The notes beneath the pieces were generated by a model. The model was given only the letters and a program-made list of their open reading frames with translations, did no database searches and had not been told where the DNA came from. A DNA stretch of 64,000 bases, taken from contig NC_135830.1 in assembly GCF_964213995.1 (NCBI RefSeq), positions 14,818,001-14,882,000 of the forward strand, written 5' to 3'. The DNA is from Mustelus asterias. Its lineage: Eukaryota. A program made the translations under genes and the position numbers. Shown in pieces: positions 1-13,708 of this stretch (position 1 is its first letter; every line of letters starts with the position of its first letter).

Positions 1-1654
1 ACAGTCCAGAACATAGTTTACCGAATCTGAGATGGCTGTTTTGGAGGGCACTCTCTGTTTTAACACCGCTGCACACAATGAAAACATTGCCTATTTATAG
101 AGCAAAGAATGTCCCTGGTGAAATAATTAACTATGTGCCTAGTGACATTAATCACAATCACTGAAGTAACAAGATGGCATCAGGTTTTATTGCAAAATAC
201 ATGTTTATTAAAGTCCTTTGCATTCTTAGTAATGGAACTGACTGAAGGCAAAGAGATTTGTCCCGCAGTTTTGTGAAAAAATATGAATATTGATTAGCAC
301 CATGTTACTGAACTGAAGTGAATCAAAATAGTTACGAATATTTCTATCACGTGATGTCAGTCTACAATTTCAGAATTTCAATAAATTGTAATCGTGAAAT
401 TAGTGCAGATTCGGGAATGATGCTGATTCTCCTGTTGATACAAGAGAGGTGCCAGAAGCAGGACGTTTGGGAACATTACACTGCTACTATTCAGCACAAA
501 ACAATTCTAAAATCAATAAGACTGACATTTACCCTCAAGTTGTTCACAGATGATATTGTACGTGAATTATTTCGAGAGATGGGTAAATCACATGTCCAAA
601 CTATGTTCGGAAATACGTGTAAAATGTCTGGTATATTTGGTGATAAGAGAGGATGTGTCTTGTATCCTTCATTCAAACTTTCACCTTCTTCCTTTGCCAT
701 GTTCGTTGCAGTCTGTGTGGAAGCTGTCCCTTCGATCTGGAACTGTTGCATTCTCGAAATGCCTTGGACTTTCAACGAACTTATCCTGTAATATTCAATG
801 CCTTCTATTATTTTTGATCGGGAGATTGAAAAAAATGTCAGTCCAGCGTGTTGGTAAGACTGGTAAAAAATATTATTTAATGTGAAATACACCCACTATA
901 ATGTATACATACCCTTTCAGTTTGCAAACCTCAGAAAAGCGATGTTGCAGAAAGTAACCATTCAGCCGATCGTGTGGCGCTGGACACAACAGAGACAAAA
1001 GGAGCTAGTAGCTCCACATTTATAACCACATTTTAGCAAGTGATCCGAGGCCTTGAAGGTTGCAGCACTTTGGATGGAGAGCCCATATTAGAAATATTGT
1101 GCGTACTCCTGCATCTCGTTACTTTATAGGAAATGTAATTGCAGTCTAGGCGGTCCAGATCAGATTTTCTGGATGATTTGTTGTTTTCCTTATGGAGATG
1201 GTTGGCGAGGATCTCCCTGCACATCCACTAAACCTGCCCACGCCTCGACTGGTGCTGCCTGTACATTTAGCACCAGCGATGAAGCTCCAACTTCGATCAG
1301 TCGCCTCTCCCCACTCCAACTCTGTAGAGAACGGCAGAACCTTTGCCTCTCTTATTAAACTGCTCCACATCAACATTTCCCTCATACTCTCATCTTTTCC
1401 ACCTCTCTCGCACGCTGTTTTTCACACGCCAGGTTGTGGAGAGCCAAAGGGAGAGAGAGAAATCCACATTCAGTCCCTCAATGAATTGCAATCAAAACGT
1501 TTCCTGCACATTCCACTCGTCCCATCAGTTGACTGCGAAGTCTAAAACTGCCAGTGTTATCAAAGAATACAGATTGAAAGATGACAACCTTCATTTGGCG
1601 AGTGGTTAACACTGAGGTTGAGAGTCTTTGACGATAACAAAATATGGACCGAAT

Positions 1655-2390
1655 GTTCAAATGGTAAGTTGCAGATGGAATTTAACCCTGAAAAGAGTGT
1701 GGTGATAGAATTGGGAAAGAGTAATTTGACAAGGAAGTATTCAACGAATGGCATGACACTTGGAAGTTCTGTAGAACAAAGGGAACTTGGCGTGTTTGCC
1801 ATTTTGGAATTGTATCGAACTTTTCTAAGGCCACACGTGGTGTATTGTGTGCAGTTCTGGTCGCCACGTGATGGGAAGGATGTAAATGTACTGAAGGGGG
1901 TTCAGAGGAGATTAACCGGGATACTCCCTGGGATGGAACATTTACGTTATGACGAGAGGTAGAATAGGTTTGGGTTGTTGTCCTTGGAGCAGAGAAGACT
2001 GAAGGGTGACCTGATCGATGTGCATAAGATTATGAGCGGCATGGACAGAGTAGATAGAGAGCAGCTATTCCCCTTAGTTGAAGGATCAATCACGAGGGGA
2101 CAAAGGTTTAAAGTGAGGGGCAGAGGATTTAGGAGGGCTGTGTGGAAAAGTTTTTTTTTTAACACCGTGGGTGGTGATGGTCTTAAATGCGCTGCCTGGG
2201 AGGGTGGTACATGTGGGTTGCCTCACATTCTTTGGAAAGTACCTGGATCACTGGCACGTCATAACATTCAAAGCTATGGGCCAAGCGCTGGTAAATGGGA
2301 TTATGTGGCAGTTCAAGGGTTTCACGCATGTCAGTGCGGACTCGATGGGCCAAAGGTCTCCTTCTGCACTCTTTGAGTCTATGATTCTAT
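1655..2390 (+). mobile_element. Old 5'-truncated CR1-clade LINE fragment (RT C-terminus and 3' tail)
   Basis: ORFs 1618-1962 and 1975-2376 carry CR1 motifs QMEFNPEK, LYRTFLRPHVVYCVQFWSP and SLEQRRLKGDLIDV; tail gatgggccaaaggtctccttctgcact...ctatgattctatg. Confidence 0.85.
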
Positions 2391-4750
2391 GCGTCCATCG
2401 CCCCCATCCCCGAGCACCCGTACACCTGCCATACAATTAGATGAATGGTCGTTTTTATTTTCAGAAGTGTGATCACTATTCGGTCATTTCAGAAATCCTG
2501 CTGGGCATGCTGCATGGCAAGTTCCCCGACACACATTGCGATGTGGTAGCAGCCTGATTTAAGGCACAACGTTGCAGGTGTGAGTGAATGAAAAAGTGAG
2601 GCAGGGCGATATCGTTAGAATATACCAGCATAGATTCATCCTCTTTTGCAATCGCGAACGAGAAATCCAAACACCTCGGAAGATGTGAATGAGGCACTTC
2701 TTCCCAGAAAATGGGTAGCTGGACTCCGACGAGAACGAAGACGTCACTCTAACCTCGTCGTCATCGTCCGTCCCCCCCACCCTCCCCCCTCCCCCCCCCC
2801 CCCGCCCCCCCGCCGCCCACCCCGCCACCAATGTCTGGTATCTCCTAATTGGTGTTGAAATGAGTGATCAAGTATTCTTATCTCGCTGTTTATAATCACT
2901 ACAAATCACATTGCTGTCTGTGGAACGATCTTTTTCGATTAAATGAACAAAGACAAACAAACAAATCTGCAGAGAGAGAGAGAGAAATGCTGAGGGAGAT
3001 AAATAGATATAGGGAGACAGTGTGTGTGAAAGAGAGCGAGAGATAGAGAGACGCATCAAATGCTTTTTGATTTGATGTATTATTGTCACATGCATTCGCA
3101 TACAGTGAACAATATTGTTTCCTGCGCACGATACAGAGAAAGCATACCGTTGATAGAGAAGGAAACGGGAGAGTGCAGAATGTAGTGTTACAGGCATAGC
3201 TAGGTGTAGAGAAAGATCAGCTTAATGCAAGGTAAGTCCACTCAAAAGTATGACAGCAGCAGAGAAGAAGCTGTTCTTGAGTCGGTAGGGACGTGGCCTC
3301 AGACTTTTGTATCATTTTTCCCGACGGAAGAAGGTGGAAGAGAGAATGTCCGGGGTGCAGGTGGTCCTTAATTATGCTGACTGCTTTGCCGAGTCATCGG
3401 TAAGTGTAGACACAGTCAATGGATGGGAGGCTGGTTTGCGTGATTGATTGGCTCCATTCACGACCTTTTGTAGTTCCTTGCAGTTTTGGGCAGAGCAGAA
3501 GCCATACCAAGCTGTGATACAACCAGAAAGAATGATTTCTATGGTGCATCTGTAAAAGTTGGTGAGAGTCGTAGCTGACATGCCAAATTTCCTTCGTCTT
3601 CTGAGAAAGTAGAGGTGTTGGTGGGCTTTCTTAACGATAGTGTCAGCATGGCGGGACCAGGACAGGTCGTTGGTGACCTCGACACCTAAACACTTGAAGC
3701 TCTCGACACTTTCTCCTGCGTCCCCATTGATGTTGACAGGGGCAAGTTCTCCTCTACGCTTCCTGAAGTCGATGACAACCTCCTTAGTTTTTTTAACATT
3801 GAGGGAGAGATTATTGTCGCCGCCCCAGTTCACCAGGCTCTCTATCTCATTTCTGTATTCTGTCTCGTCATTGTTTGAGATCTGTCCCGGGACGGTGGTG
3901 TCGTCAGCAAACTTGAAAACAGAATTGGAAGGGAATGTGGCTGCACAATCATAGGTGTAGGGGGCTGAGAGCACAGCCTTTTGGGGCACCAGTGTTGATC
4001 GTGGAGGAGGTGTTGTTGCCTATCCTTACTGATTGTGGTCTGTGAGTTACGAAGTTCAGGATCCAGTCACAGAGGGAGGAGCCGCGGGCCAGGCCACGGA
4101 TTATGGAAATGAGCTTCATGGGAATATTAGTGTTGAAGGCTGAACTGTAATCAATAATTAGGAGTCTGACATAGGAGTCTTTGTTATCACGGTGTTCCAG
4201 GGTTGAGCGCTGAGCCAGGGAAATGGCGTCTACCATGAACCTGTTGCAGCGGCAGGCAAACTATAGTGGATCCAGGCAGTACGGGAGGCTGGAATTGATT
4301 CTTGCCATGACCAGCCTTTCGAAGTACGTCATAATGATGGACGTCAGAACCACTAGACGATAGTCATTGAGGCGCGCTGCTTGGCTTTTATGAGTCACCG
4401 GGATGATGGTCGTCTTCTTAAAGCAGATACGGACCTCAAATTGTTATAAAAAGATCTCGAAGATATATGTGAATACCCCCACCAGCCGATCCATGCAGGA
4501 TCTGAGTGCTCATCCGGGCACCCCATCTGGGCCAGTTCCTTTCCGTGGGTTGACTTTTGAGAAGGCTGCTCTGACATCTGCAGTGATGGCCCCAGACACA
4601 GTTTCATCCAGGGCTTCCAGGGCGGAGGGCATGCTCTCGCTGACCTCATGCTCAAAACGAGCATAGAATGCATTGGGCTCGTCAGGGACGGGTACGTTGG
4701 ATTTGGCGATTTTACATGCCTTCATCTTGTAGCCTGTTATGTCTTGCAGA
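2236..4750. repeat. Left arm of an inverted segmental duplication (partner about 15118-17612)
   Basis: Non-TE sequence 2390-3060 is the reverse complement of about 16445-17105; paired ORFs MYGRCTGARG... and ...RRKQYCSLYAN... appear on opposite strands. Confidence 0.9.
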
Positions 4751-5520
4751 CCCTGCCCATAGTCGGTGGGGGCCTGTTTGGCTAACCTGGGACTCTAGCT
4801 TCGTCCGGTACTGTCTTTTGGCATCTTCGATGGATCTGCTGAGATCGTATCTGGCTTTTTTGTATCGGTCAGTGTCGCCTGACTTGAATGCCTCAGACCT
4901 GGACTTCCGCAAGATGGGGCTATCCCTGTTCATCCATTGTTTCCGATTGGGGAGCACGTGGATTTGCTTCTTTAGTACACAGCATTCTACACACTTACTA
5001 TTGAATCAGTTACTGTAGTGGCGCACTCGTTCAGACTGGTCAACGAGTTTTTATGTACTGACCAGTCCACTGCCTCCAAGCAGTCGCATAGGAGATTTTC
5101 CGATTCCTCAGACCACCATTGCACGACTTTCTTGGATGGATTCTCCTGCTTCAGTTTTTGCTTGTAAGCCAGAAGGAGGAGCACAGCCTTGTGGTCTGAT
5201 TTGCCAAAGTGTGGGTGGTCGAGAGAGCGGTAAGCGTGTTTGATATTTGTGAAGCAATGGTCTAGGATGGTTTGGGCCTCTGGTGGAACAGGAGTTGTAT
5301 TAGTGGTAACTTGGTAGTATGCTTTTGAGCTTCACGTGATTGAAGTCCCCGGCCACTTTGAAAAAGGCTTCGGGATGTTTCGGCTCAAGGTTATTCGTAG
5401 TTATGTATATTTCGTCCAGCGCGATCTTCACGTCGGCATGGGGGCAGGATGTAAACTGCCGTCAGGATAACGGAGGTGAACGCCCGTGGAAGATAGTAGG
5501 GGCGACATTGAATGAGGTCG
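3066..5520 (-). mobile_element. Rex1/Babar-type LINE, degenerate (EN and RT fragments)
   Basis: ORF fragments FKFADDTTV...NNLSLNVKKTKEVVIDFRK...KKAHQHLYFLRR...FYRCTIE, YVRLLIIDYSSAFNT and KGTGPDGVPG. Confidence 0.85.
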
Positions 5521-6039
5521 AATTGGAGAGAAATCTGGAGTTAGGGGAAGAAAGCTTCAAATAAAGAATAAAGGGCTGGCGAGAGATAGAAGAAAAGGGG
5601 AAGAGATAGAAAGAGAGATTGCAGAATGGATCGAGAGACATACAGAGAAAGGAGTCAGGCAAAGAAACAGAAAAGCTTGGGTGAGAGAGAGAAGGGAGAA
5701 GACACTTGGAGAGGAGTACATGAATGTTGTCTCTGAATTTCCAAAAACCGAACTGTAATGCCCTCTGAGAATCTTGCACAACAATTGACTTAATCGCTGT
5801 GCCTCCCACTCCTGTTATTTTTGAATGATAACAAACTTTGAGACAGGTTCATATTGCAGGTTTTTAATTTTCTCTTTGTCACCCACCAAAGGGTTAAAAT
5901 GTTTGTGGCGAATTGTAATGCCAGACTGCTTGTTCCTCAGGGTTTCAAGCTCCAGAAACACCCCCACAATCTACCAGGGGCTTGTTCACTCCAGGAACTG
6001 AAATTAAAATTGAAATTAACCCTGCAATGGGGAAATTAA

Positions 6040-8842
6040 CAGACAACAGCTCACGAGGAATTTGGATGTGGTTGCGGTGACGGAGACTTAGTTGAAAGAG
6101 GGACAGGACAGGCAGCTGAATATTCCGGGGTACAAGTGTTTTAGGCGAGACAGAGGAGCGGCCAAAGGAGGTGGCGGAGTAGCAGTATTCGTTGGAGAGC
6201 ATATTGCAGCGGTGCAGAGGGAGGACAATTCAGAGGGGTTGTGTAACAAGTCACTCTGGGTGGAGCTTAGAAACAGGAAGGGCGCAGTCACTATGTTGGG
6301 GGTGTACTACAGGCCCCCCAACAGCCCAAGGGAAGTGGAAGAACGGATATGTCAGGAGATATTGGATAGTTGCAGGACAAATAGGGTTGTTGGAGTGGGA
6401 GACTTCAATTTCCCTGGTATAGACTGGAAATCGCTGAGAGCAGGGACTCTGAATGGGGAGGAATTTGTAAAATGCGTACAGGAGGGTTCTTTAGAACAAT
6501 ATGTAGATAGCCCGACTAGAGAGGGGGCTATACTGGACCTCGTACTGGGGAATGAGCCCGGTCAGGTCTTCAAAGTTTCGGTAGGGGAACATGTGGCAAA
6601 TAGTGACCACAATTCTGTTAGCTTTAGGATAGTGATGGAAAAGGATGAGTGGTGTCCCAAGGGTAAGGTGTTGGATTGGGGGAAGGCTAACTTTAGTGGG
6701 ATTAGGCAGAAATTGGCAGCTCTTGATTGGGAGAGGCTGTTTGAGGGTAAATCCACATCTGGCATGTGGGAGTCTTTTAAGGAACAGTTGTTAGGGCGCA
6801 GGACAAGCATGTGCCTGTGAAAAAGAAGGATAGGAAGGGTAGGATTCGAGAACCGTGGATAACCAGGGAAATTGAGGGACTGGTCAAAAAGAAAAGAGAG
6901 GTGTATGTTAGGTCCAGGCAGCTAAAAACGGAGGGAGCTCTGGAGGAGTACAAAGAAAGTAGGAAAGAACTCAAACGGGGAATTAGAAGAGCAAAAAGGG
7001 GTCACGAAATTGTCTTGGCAGACAGGATTAAGGAGAATCCCAAGGCATTTTATTCATACGTTAGGAACAAAAGGGTTGTCAGGGAAAAAATAGGACCTCT
7101 CAGGGACAAAAGTGGGGAATTATGCTTGGAGCCCAAAGAAGTAGGGGAGATCCTAATTGAATACTTTGCGTCGGTATTCACAAAGGAGAGGGATGTGGTG
7201 ACTGGGAGTGTCTCGGAGGGGAGTGTTGAACCGTTGGTGAAAAGCTCCATTACAAAGCAGGAAGTCTTAGGTTTGTTAGAGAATATAAAGACTGACAAAT
7301 CCCCGGGGCCTGATGGAATCTATCCGAGGCTGCTCAGGGAGACGAGAGATGAATTCGCTGGGCCTCTGAGACAAATCTTCGTCTCGTCACTGGACGCAGG
7401 TGAGGTCCCAGAGGATTGGAGGATAGCTAATGTGGTCCCGTTATTTAAGAAGGGTAGAAAGGATAACCTGGATAATTATAGGCCGGTGAGCTTGACGTCC
7501 GTGGTGGGGAAGTTGTTGGTGAAGATTCTTAGAGATAGGATGTATGCGCATTTAGAAAGGAATAAACTCATTAACGATAGTCAGCATGGTTTTGTGAGAG
7601 GGAGGTCATGCCTCACTAACCTGGTGGAGTTTTTTGAAGAAGTGACCAAAATGGTTGACGAGGGAAGGGCCGTGGATGTCGTCTATATGGACTTTAGGAA
7701 AGTATTTGACAAAGTCCCTCATGGTAGGCTAGTGAAAAAGGTTGGATCTCATGGGATAAAGGGGGAGGTGGCTAGATGAGTGGAGAACTGGCTTGGTCAC
7801 AGAAGACAGAGGGTGGTAGTGGAAGGGTCTTTTTCCGGCTGGAGGCCTGTGACTAGTGGTGTTCCGCAGGGCTCTGTATTGGGACCTCTGCTGTTTGTGA
7901 TTTATATAAATGATCTGGAAGAAGGTGTAACTGGGGTGATCAGTAAGTTTGCGGACGACCCAAATTGGCTGGACTTGCAGATAGTGAGGAGCATTGTCAG
8001 AAGCTACAGAAGGATATAGATAGGCTGGACATTTGGGCAAAGAAATGGCAGATGGAGTTCAATCCTGATAAATGCGAAGTGATGCATTTTGGTAGAAATA
8101 ATGTAGGGAGGAGCTATACGATAAATGGCAGAACCATAAAGGGTGTAGATACGCAGAGGGACCTGGCTGTGCAAGTCCACAGACCCTTGAAAGTGACGTC
8201 ACATTTGGAGAAGGTGGTGAAGAAGGCATATGGCATGCTTGCCTTTATAGGACGGGGCAGAGAGTATAAAAGTTGGGGTCTGATGTTGCAGATGTATAGA
8301 ACGTTGGTTCGGCCGCATCTGGAATACTGCGTCCAGTTCTGGTCGCCACACTACCAGAAGGACGTGGAGGCTTTGGAGAGAGTACAGATGTTGCCTGGTA
8401 TGGAGGGGCTTAGTTATGAGGAGAGATTGGGTAAACTGGGGTTGTTCTCCCTGGAAAGACGGAGGACGAGGGGAGACTTAATAGAGGTGTATAAAATTAT
8501 GAAAGGCATAGATAGGGTGAAAGGTGGGAAGCTTTTCCCCAGGTCGGTGGTGACGTTCACGAGGGGTCATAGGTTCAAGGTGAGGGGGGAGGTTTAACAC
8601 AGATATCAGAAGGACATATTTTACACAGAGGGTGGTGGGGGGCTGGAATGCGCTGCCAGGCAAGGTGGTGGAGGCGGACACACTGGGAACGTTTAAGACT
8701 TATCTAGACAGCCATATGAACGGAGTGGGAATGGAGGGATACAAAAGAATGGTCTAGTTTGGACCAGGGAACGGCGCGGGCTTGGAGGGTCGAAGGGCCT
8801 GTTCCTGTGCTGTATTGTTCTTTATTCTTTGTTGTTCTTTGT
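6040..8842 (+). mobile_element. Young CR1 (HER1-type) LINE with near-complete but disrupted ORF2 (APE endonuclease and RT)
   Basis: APE motifs GVYYRPP, GDFNFP, LDLVL and SDHN; RT motifs [30 protein letters not shown] and KFADD; frameshifts and a stop at about 7778; (tgttctt)n tail. Confidence 0.95.
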
Positions 8843-9321
8843 TTGAGGGTGAAGCCTATGCAGCCGGTCTCAGTCCATCCATTCTCCCTTGGAGAAAATA
8901 TCTTGTCCGAGGATTGTAGATCACATTGCAGTCTACAAAATTCAAATTTCCAGAGAAAAGGGAGAAAAGCATTGATTAAAATAAAAGACAACATAAGAAT
9001 CGTACAATAGGTTCCCACGCTGGTCCAGGTGTTATGCAATCTTTCAGTAACATCCAAATACAAAATATTTCAGTTTGTAACTCACTCTCACCCTCTCCCT
9101 CAGAGATTAAAATTAAACATCGATCGCGGTAATAATAAGGCACAACTCACGAGCGTGAAATCTGTGGGACAGCCAGCCCTCCTTCTGGAATAAGTGTCTC
9201 TCTCTTGGTCAGTTCATAAACATTCATCCTTTTGTATTCTCAACGCCTTCCAGGTTTCAAAATTCTAATTCCTCGGGAGAAAGTGGGATTAAATTCGTGG
9301 AAATGACAAAAGCAGGGACAT

Positions 9322-9480
9322 GTAGAATCATAAAATCCCTCCAGTGCAAAAGGAGGCAATTCCGCCCATCGAGTCTGCACCGTCTCCCCGACAACGCATA
9401 CCACCCAGGCCCACTCACCCCACCCAATCCCCATAACTCGATACATTTACCTCCCTATTCCCCCTAACCTACACATCTCG
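9322..9480 (-). mobile_element. HE1-type SINE 3' fragment
   Basis: Reverse complement of ggtgcagactcgatgggc...tail, as seen in the full copies. Confidence 0.7.
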
Positions 9481-9684
9481 GGCTCAATGGCATGAAAACC
9501 TCTCACTGAATTAAACACGAAACTGTTCGACTTCCAGCGGAATAGAGGCAATATTCACTCAGAAACCAGTAACTGTGAGGTTAACAAAACGGGATGGAGG
9601 AAGACACAGTTTGAGCGGTGACACTGCCGGAGGGATGGAGAGCTGGAGTTCACCCAGGAAAGCAGCAAAGTTTAACAACAATGG

Positions 9685-9757
9685 TGCCCCACGTGGGGCT
9701 CGAACCCAACGTTCTGAGATTAAAAGTCTCATGTCCTCCAGACTGAGCAAACAGGGC
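9685..9757 (-). tRNA. tRNA-Lys pseudogene (Lys-CTT body, TTT anticodon)
   Basis: Minus strand reads GCCCTGTTTGCTCAGTCTGGAGGACATGAGACTTTTAATCTCAGAACGTTGGGTTCGAGCCCCACGTGGGGCA, co-linear with vertebrate tRNA-Lys(CTT) but with stem mismatches. Confidence 0.85.
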
Positions 9758-9780
9758 TGGTTAACGAGAAAGCTCAATGA

Positions 9781-9855
9781 GGGCTTGTCCGGCATTTCTC
9801 GCATGCTTGTTTTTCAACCCCCAAAGGATGAATCATACCTCGATGTTAACGAATC
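9781..9855 (-). pseudogene. Degenerate tRNA-Pro(TGG) with a 16 nt insertion after position 37
   Basis: Plus strand gggcttgtccggcattt..ctcgca[tgcttgtttttcaacc]cccaaaggatgaatcatacc matches the reverse complement of tRNA-Pro(TGG); T-arm partly deleted. Confidence 0.7.
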
Positions 9856-10234
9856 GCCTCTGGGGGAACTTTCGCCTGAAGATTGTTTCATTGCCATCCT
9901 GAAACATTTAGACCTCTGCAGTGAATAGTTAAAATGCTCAAAAAACTCAGCAAGTCGGGCATGTACAGGAAAACACATCTCATCTTTCACCTCCATCAAC
10001 TTTCATTCAAACGAGGGAAAGTGAGGAAGCTAAGAAGTTTCGAACAAGTGATATTCAGGAGAGAGGAAACATAAGATAAGGAATGGGCCCTAAAATAGTG
10101 GAAGTCAGGAGGGATTAACTTGGAAAGGCATTCACGGTTCATGGTCTCAGCGTGAGGGAATCAGGGAATTGCATAATGATTAAACCACAGAATGAGACCA
10201 TTGCAAAGAACTTTGCAGGACTCAAATGTGCTGT

Positions 10235-10860
10235 TGGTAAAGGGGAACCGGTGGATGTACTGTACTTAGAAGGTATTTGGTAAGCTGCTACATCAAATGT
10301 TGCTGCAGAAATTAAAATCTCATTGTGCAGATTGCAGTGCACTGGCCTGGATAGGAGATTTCAGAGCTAACAGGAAAGAGAGCTGCCATCATTGGAGAAT
10401 CATCTGGTCAGCAGGATGTGACGAGTGGTCCGCCTCAGGGATTGTTGGTGCTGGGGCCTCAATTGTTTTCAGTTTATTGGAAAGACTGAAAATATGATTA
10501 CTAAATCTGCTGATGACACAAGGCTAGTTATGAAAGCACTTTGTGCAGAGACTGTAATGAGGCTACAAATGGGACATAAATAGGTTTAGTGAGAGGGCAA
10601 ATGCCTGCCAGACGGATTACAATTATAGGTAAAATGAAGTTGTCCATTTTAGCAGGAAAAACAAAATGAAGCTTATTGTCGAAATGATGAGAGATTGCAG
10701 AGCTCTGAGGCGCAACACTATCTGGATATATAGTGCATGAATGAAAAAAAATAGTTTGAATGTACAGCATGTAATTAGGAAAAGCTAATAGAATAGTATT
10801 CTTCATTGTGAGGGTAACTGATTACAGAGCTTTGATTACATTCCATTTGGAGTTTGTGTG
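10235..10860 (+). mobile_element. Old degenerate CR1-clade RT fragment
   Basis: Residual VDVLYL and K.ADDT-like coding remnants (gctgatgacaca). Confidence 0.55.
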
Positions 10861-11107
10861 CAGAATTGATTCATAAATCTGAGTTCTCCGGTTGGTTCCT
10901 CCTGCATTTTTTCATCTGCTAACTGACAATATTTTGCAAAATATCCTCTCAATCCTTCGCCTTGCATCATGTCCAGGGATGAAGAAGTTCAGTTTGGTGC
11001 ATAAATTTGGACCAATATTATTCACTTGGGAGCAAGAAGTTTCAACAGAAATGTCACTGCAGAATTGGAGATTACGGGGTTTGACAGTAGGGACGGGAGG
11101 CTTGTTG

Positions 11108-12448
11108 CAAAGAACAAAGAACAAAGAACAGTACAGCACAGGAAACAGGCCCTTCGGCCCTCCAAGCCTGTGCCGCTCCTTGGTCCAACCAGACCAATCG
11201 TTTGTATCCCTCAATTCCCAGGCTGTTCATGTGACTATCCAGCTAAGTCTTAAACGATGTCAGCGTGTTTGCCTCCACCACCCTACTTGGCAGCGCATTC
11301 CATGCTCCCACCACCCTCTGTGTAAAAAACATCCCTCTAATATCTGAGTTACACTTCGCCCCTCTCACCTTGAGCCCGTGACCCCTCGTGATCGTCACTT
11401 CTGATCTGGGAAAAAGCTGCTCATCCTTCACCCCATCTATCCCCTTCATAATCTTGTACACCTCTATTAGATCTCCCCTCATTCTCCGTCTTTCCAGGGA
11501 GAACAACCCCAGTTTACCCAATCTCCCCTCATACCTAAGACCCTCCATACCAGGCAACATCCTGGTAAACCTTCTCTGCACTCTCTCTAACGCCTCCACG
11601 TCCTTCTGGTAGTGCGGTGACCAGAACTGGACGCAGTACTCCAAATGTGGCCTAACCAGCATTCTATACAGCTGCATCATCAGACTCCAGCTTTGATAGT
11701 CTATACCCCATCCGATATAGGCAAGCATACCATATGCCTTCTTCACCACCTTCTCCACTTCTGTTGCCACCTTCAAGGATTTGTGGACTTGCACACCTAG
11801 CTCCCTCTGTGTTTCTATACTCTTGATGACTCTGCCATTTATTGTATAACTCCTCCCTAAATTATTTCTTCCAAAATGCATCACTTCGCATTTATCCGGA
11901 TTAAATTCCATCTGCCACCTCTCCGCCCAATTTTCCAGCCGATATATATCCTGCTGTATTGCCCGACAATGCTTATCGCTATCTGCAAGTCCTGCCATCT
12001 TCGTGTCATCCGCAAACTTGCTGATTACACCAGTTACACCTTCTTCCAATTCATTTATATATATCACAAACTGCAGAGGTCCCAGTACAGAGCCCTGCGG
12101 AACACCACTGGTCACAGACCTCCAGCCGGAAAAAGACCCTTCGACCGCTACCCTCTGTCTCCTATGACCAAGCCAGTTCTCCACCCATCTAGCCACTTCT
12201 CCTTGTATCCCATGAGCCTTAACCTTCTTAACCAACCTGCCATGTCGGACTTTATCAAATGCCTTACTGAAATCCATATAGACGACATCCACGGCCCTTC
12301 CTTCGTCAACCGTTTTTGTCACTTCCTCAAAAAACTCCACCAAATTTGTAAGGCACGACCTCCCTCTTACAAAACCATGCTGTCTGTCACTGATGAGATT
12401 GTTCCGATCTAAATGCACATCGATCCTGGCTCTAAGAATCCTCTCCAG
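11108..12448 (-). mobile_element. 5'-truncated CR1 LINE with a 391 aa open RT C-terminal frame
   Basis: ORF 11243-12418 has [23 protein letters not shown] and KFADD; tail aagaacaaagaac at 11109. Confidence 0.95.
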
Positions 12449-12819
12449 CGGACTCTGAGAAACTATTTCGACTGACGAGAGTAATAAACGCAGGGCTGTG
12501 ATTGAAGTTAGTTACAGAAAGACAGACGTGCATTTATATAGCACCTTTCCAGACCAGCGAGCGTTATGAAACGCTTTCCAGCCAAGGAGCGACTTTTTGG
12601 AATACCATAATTGTCCTGCTGCTGGAATTGGAATACCCATTCATCAGTGAAATTATCAAAACCCCTAGTAAACGACTCACTCGGAAATAGAACGACATTT
12701 GTACATCACGAGGAAATATCTGGTGAAGCATGATTTACAAAATCAATGGTCATGCATATGTGTAAGCAGCAATGTTTAAGACAAGTAATCCATATGCCCA
12801 GGGAAATGTACAGGGGACC

Positions 12820-13060
12820 CAAGTTCGAGACCTTCCACGGCATATGATGAAATTTGAATTCATCGTCAATTGTTCTAAATACTCATTGGGTTCACTCAGG
12901 CCCTTTAGGGAAATAAATCTGCAGACTTTACCTTGTCTGGCCTACATCTGAATCCAGATCCGTATCAATGTGGTTGACTCTCAAATGCCCTCGGAAATGG
13001 AGGGCAGTTGGGGATGTGCAATAAATGTTGGCCCCAGCAACGATGCCCGCATCCGTTAAA
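12820..13060 (+). mobile_element. Degenerate SINE whose tail resembles the 3' end of the LINE at 60475-61790
   Basis: ggttcactcaggccctttaggga...caatgtggttgactctc...caataaatgttggcc..gatgcccgcatcc; a related copy lies at about 53000-53250. Confidence 0.55.
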
Positions 13061-13708
13061 ATTGTTTTTACAAAGTGTTTACCAATCCCCATAATAGCAG
13101 TATTCCATTAATACTTCCATTAAGCACTGGATGTTTATTATCGGCAGGATGCGAACCTGCCACCCGAGAACTCACTGGATCTTCTATGTTTACATATCAA
13201 CAGTCTCCGACGAGACGAACAAAAAATGCTGTTATTGACTTTATTACAAGTCACCATTATTAGGAAAAGGTTTCAATGAGCAAAAGTTACGCCTCAGATA
13301 AACCCCCATTGGCTACAATACTGCCACTGCGCAAAGCTAGTAATGGGTCCAGTGGCAGGTGCTGATCGACCACACCGAAACTCTTCACACTATTGGCGAG
13401 TAAAATTATTTGATTTCTGTACATTGTGCTTTCTTACCTGGGATTAACTGTATTAATGTTAAGTTATTTGCTGAGAAATTGAAACTTTTTTTATCAGCCA
13501 CAATTGCGGAAATGAGAAAGTGAGGATTCTGGGATGGGAATATGCTAATCTTACCTGTGAAACTTTGTGAAAGGAAATGATGTGTTGTTTGCAGGGAGCA
13601 TGTGTCAGAGCCTCCCCCCCCCCCCCCCCCCCCCCGACCGCCCCCCCACCGACCCGCCCCAGGTGATTGTTTAAACGATTGTGTTAACCTTACCCAACAA
13701 AACAAGCA

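Noticed and set aside
318-892. Overlapping 111-157 aa ORFs
   Set aside because: No recognisable motif; consistent with chance ORFs in non-coding DNA.
13141-13182. tRNA-Ser-like T-arm remnant (tcggcaggatgcgaacctgc)
   Set aside because: Only about 20-40 nt resemble a tRNA, too little to call.
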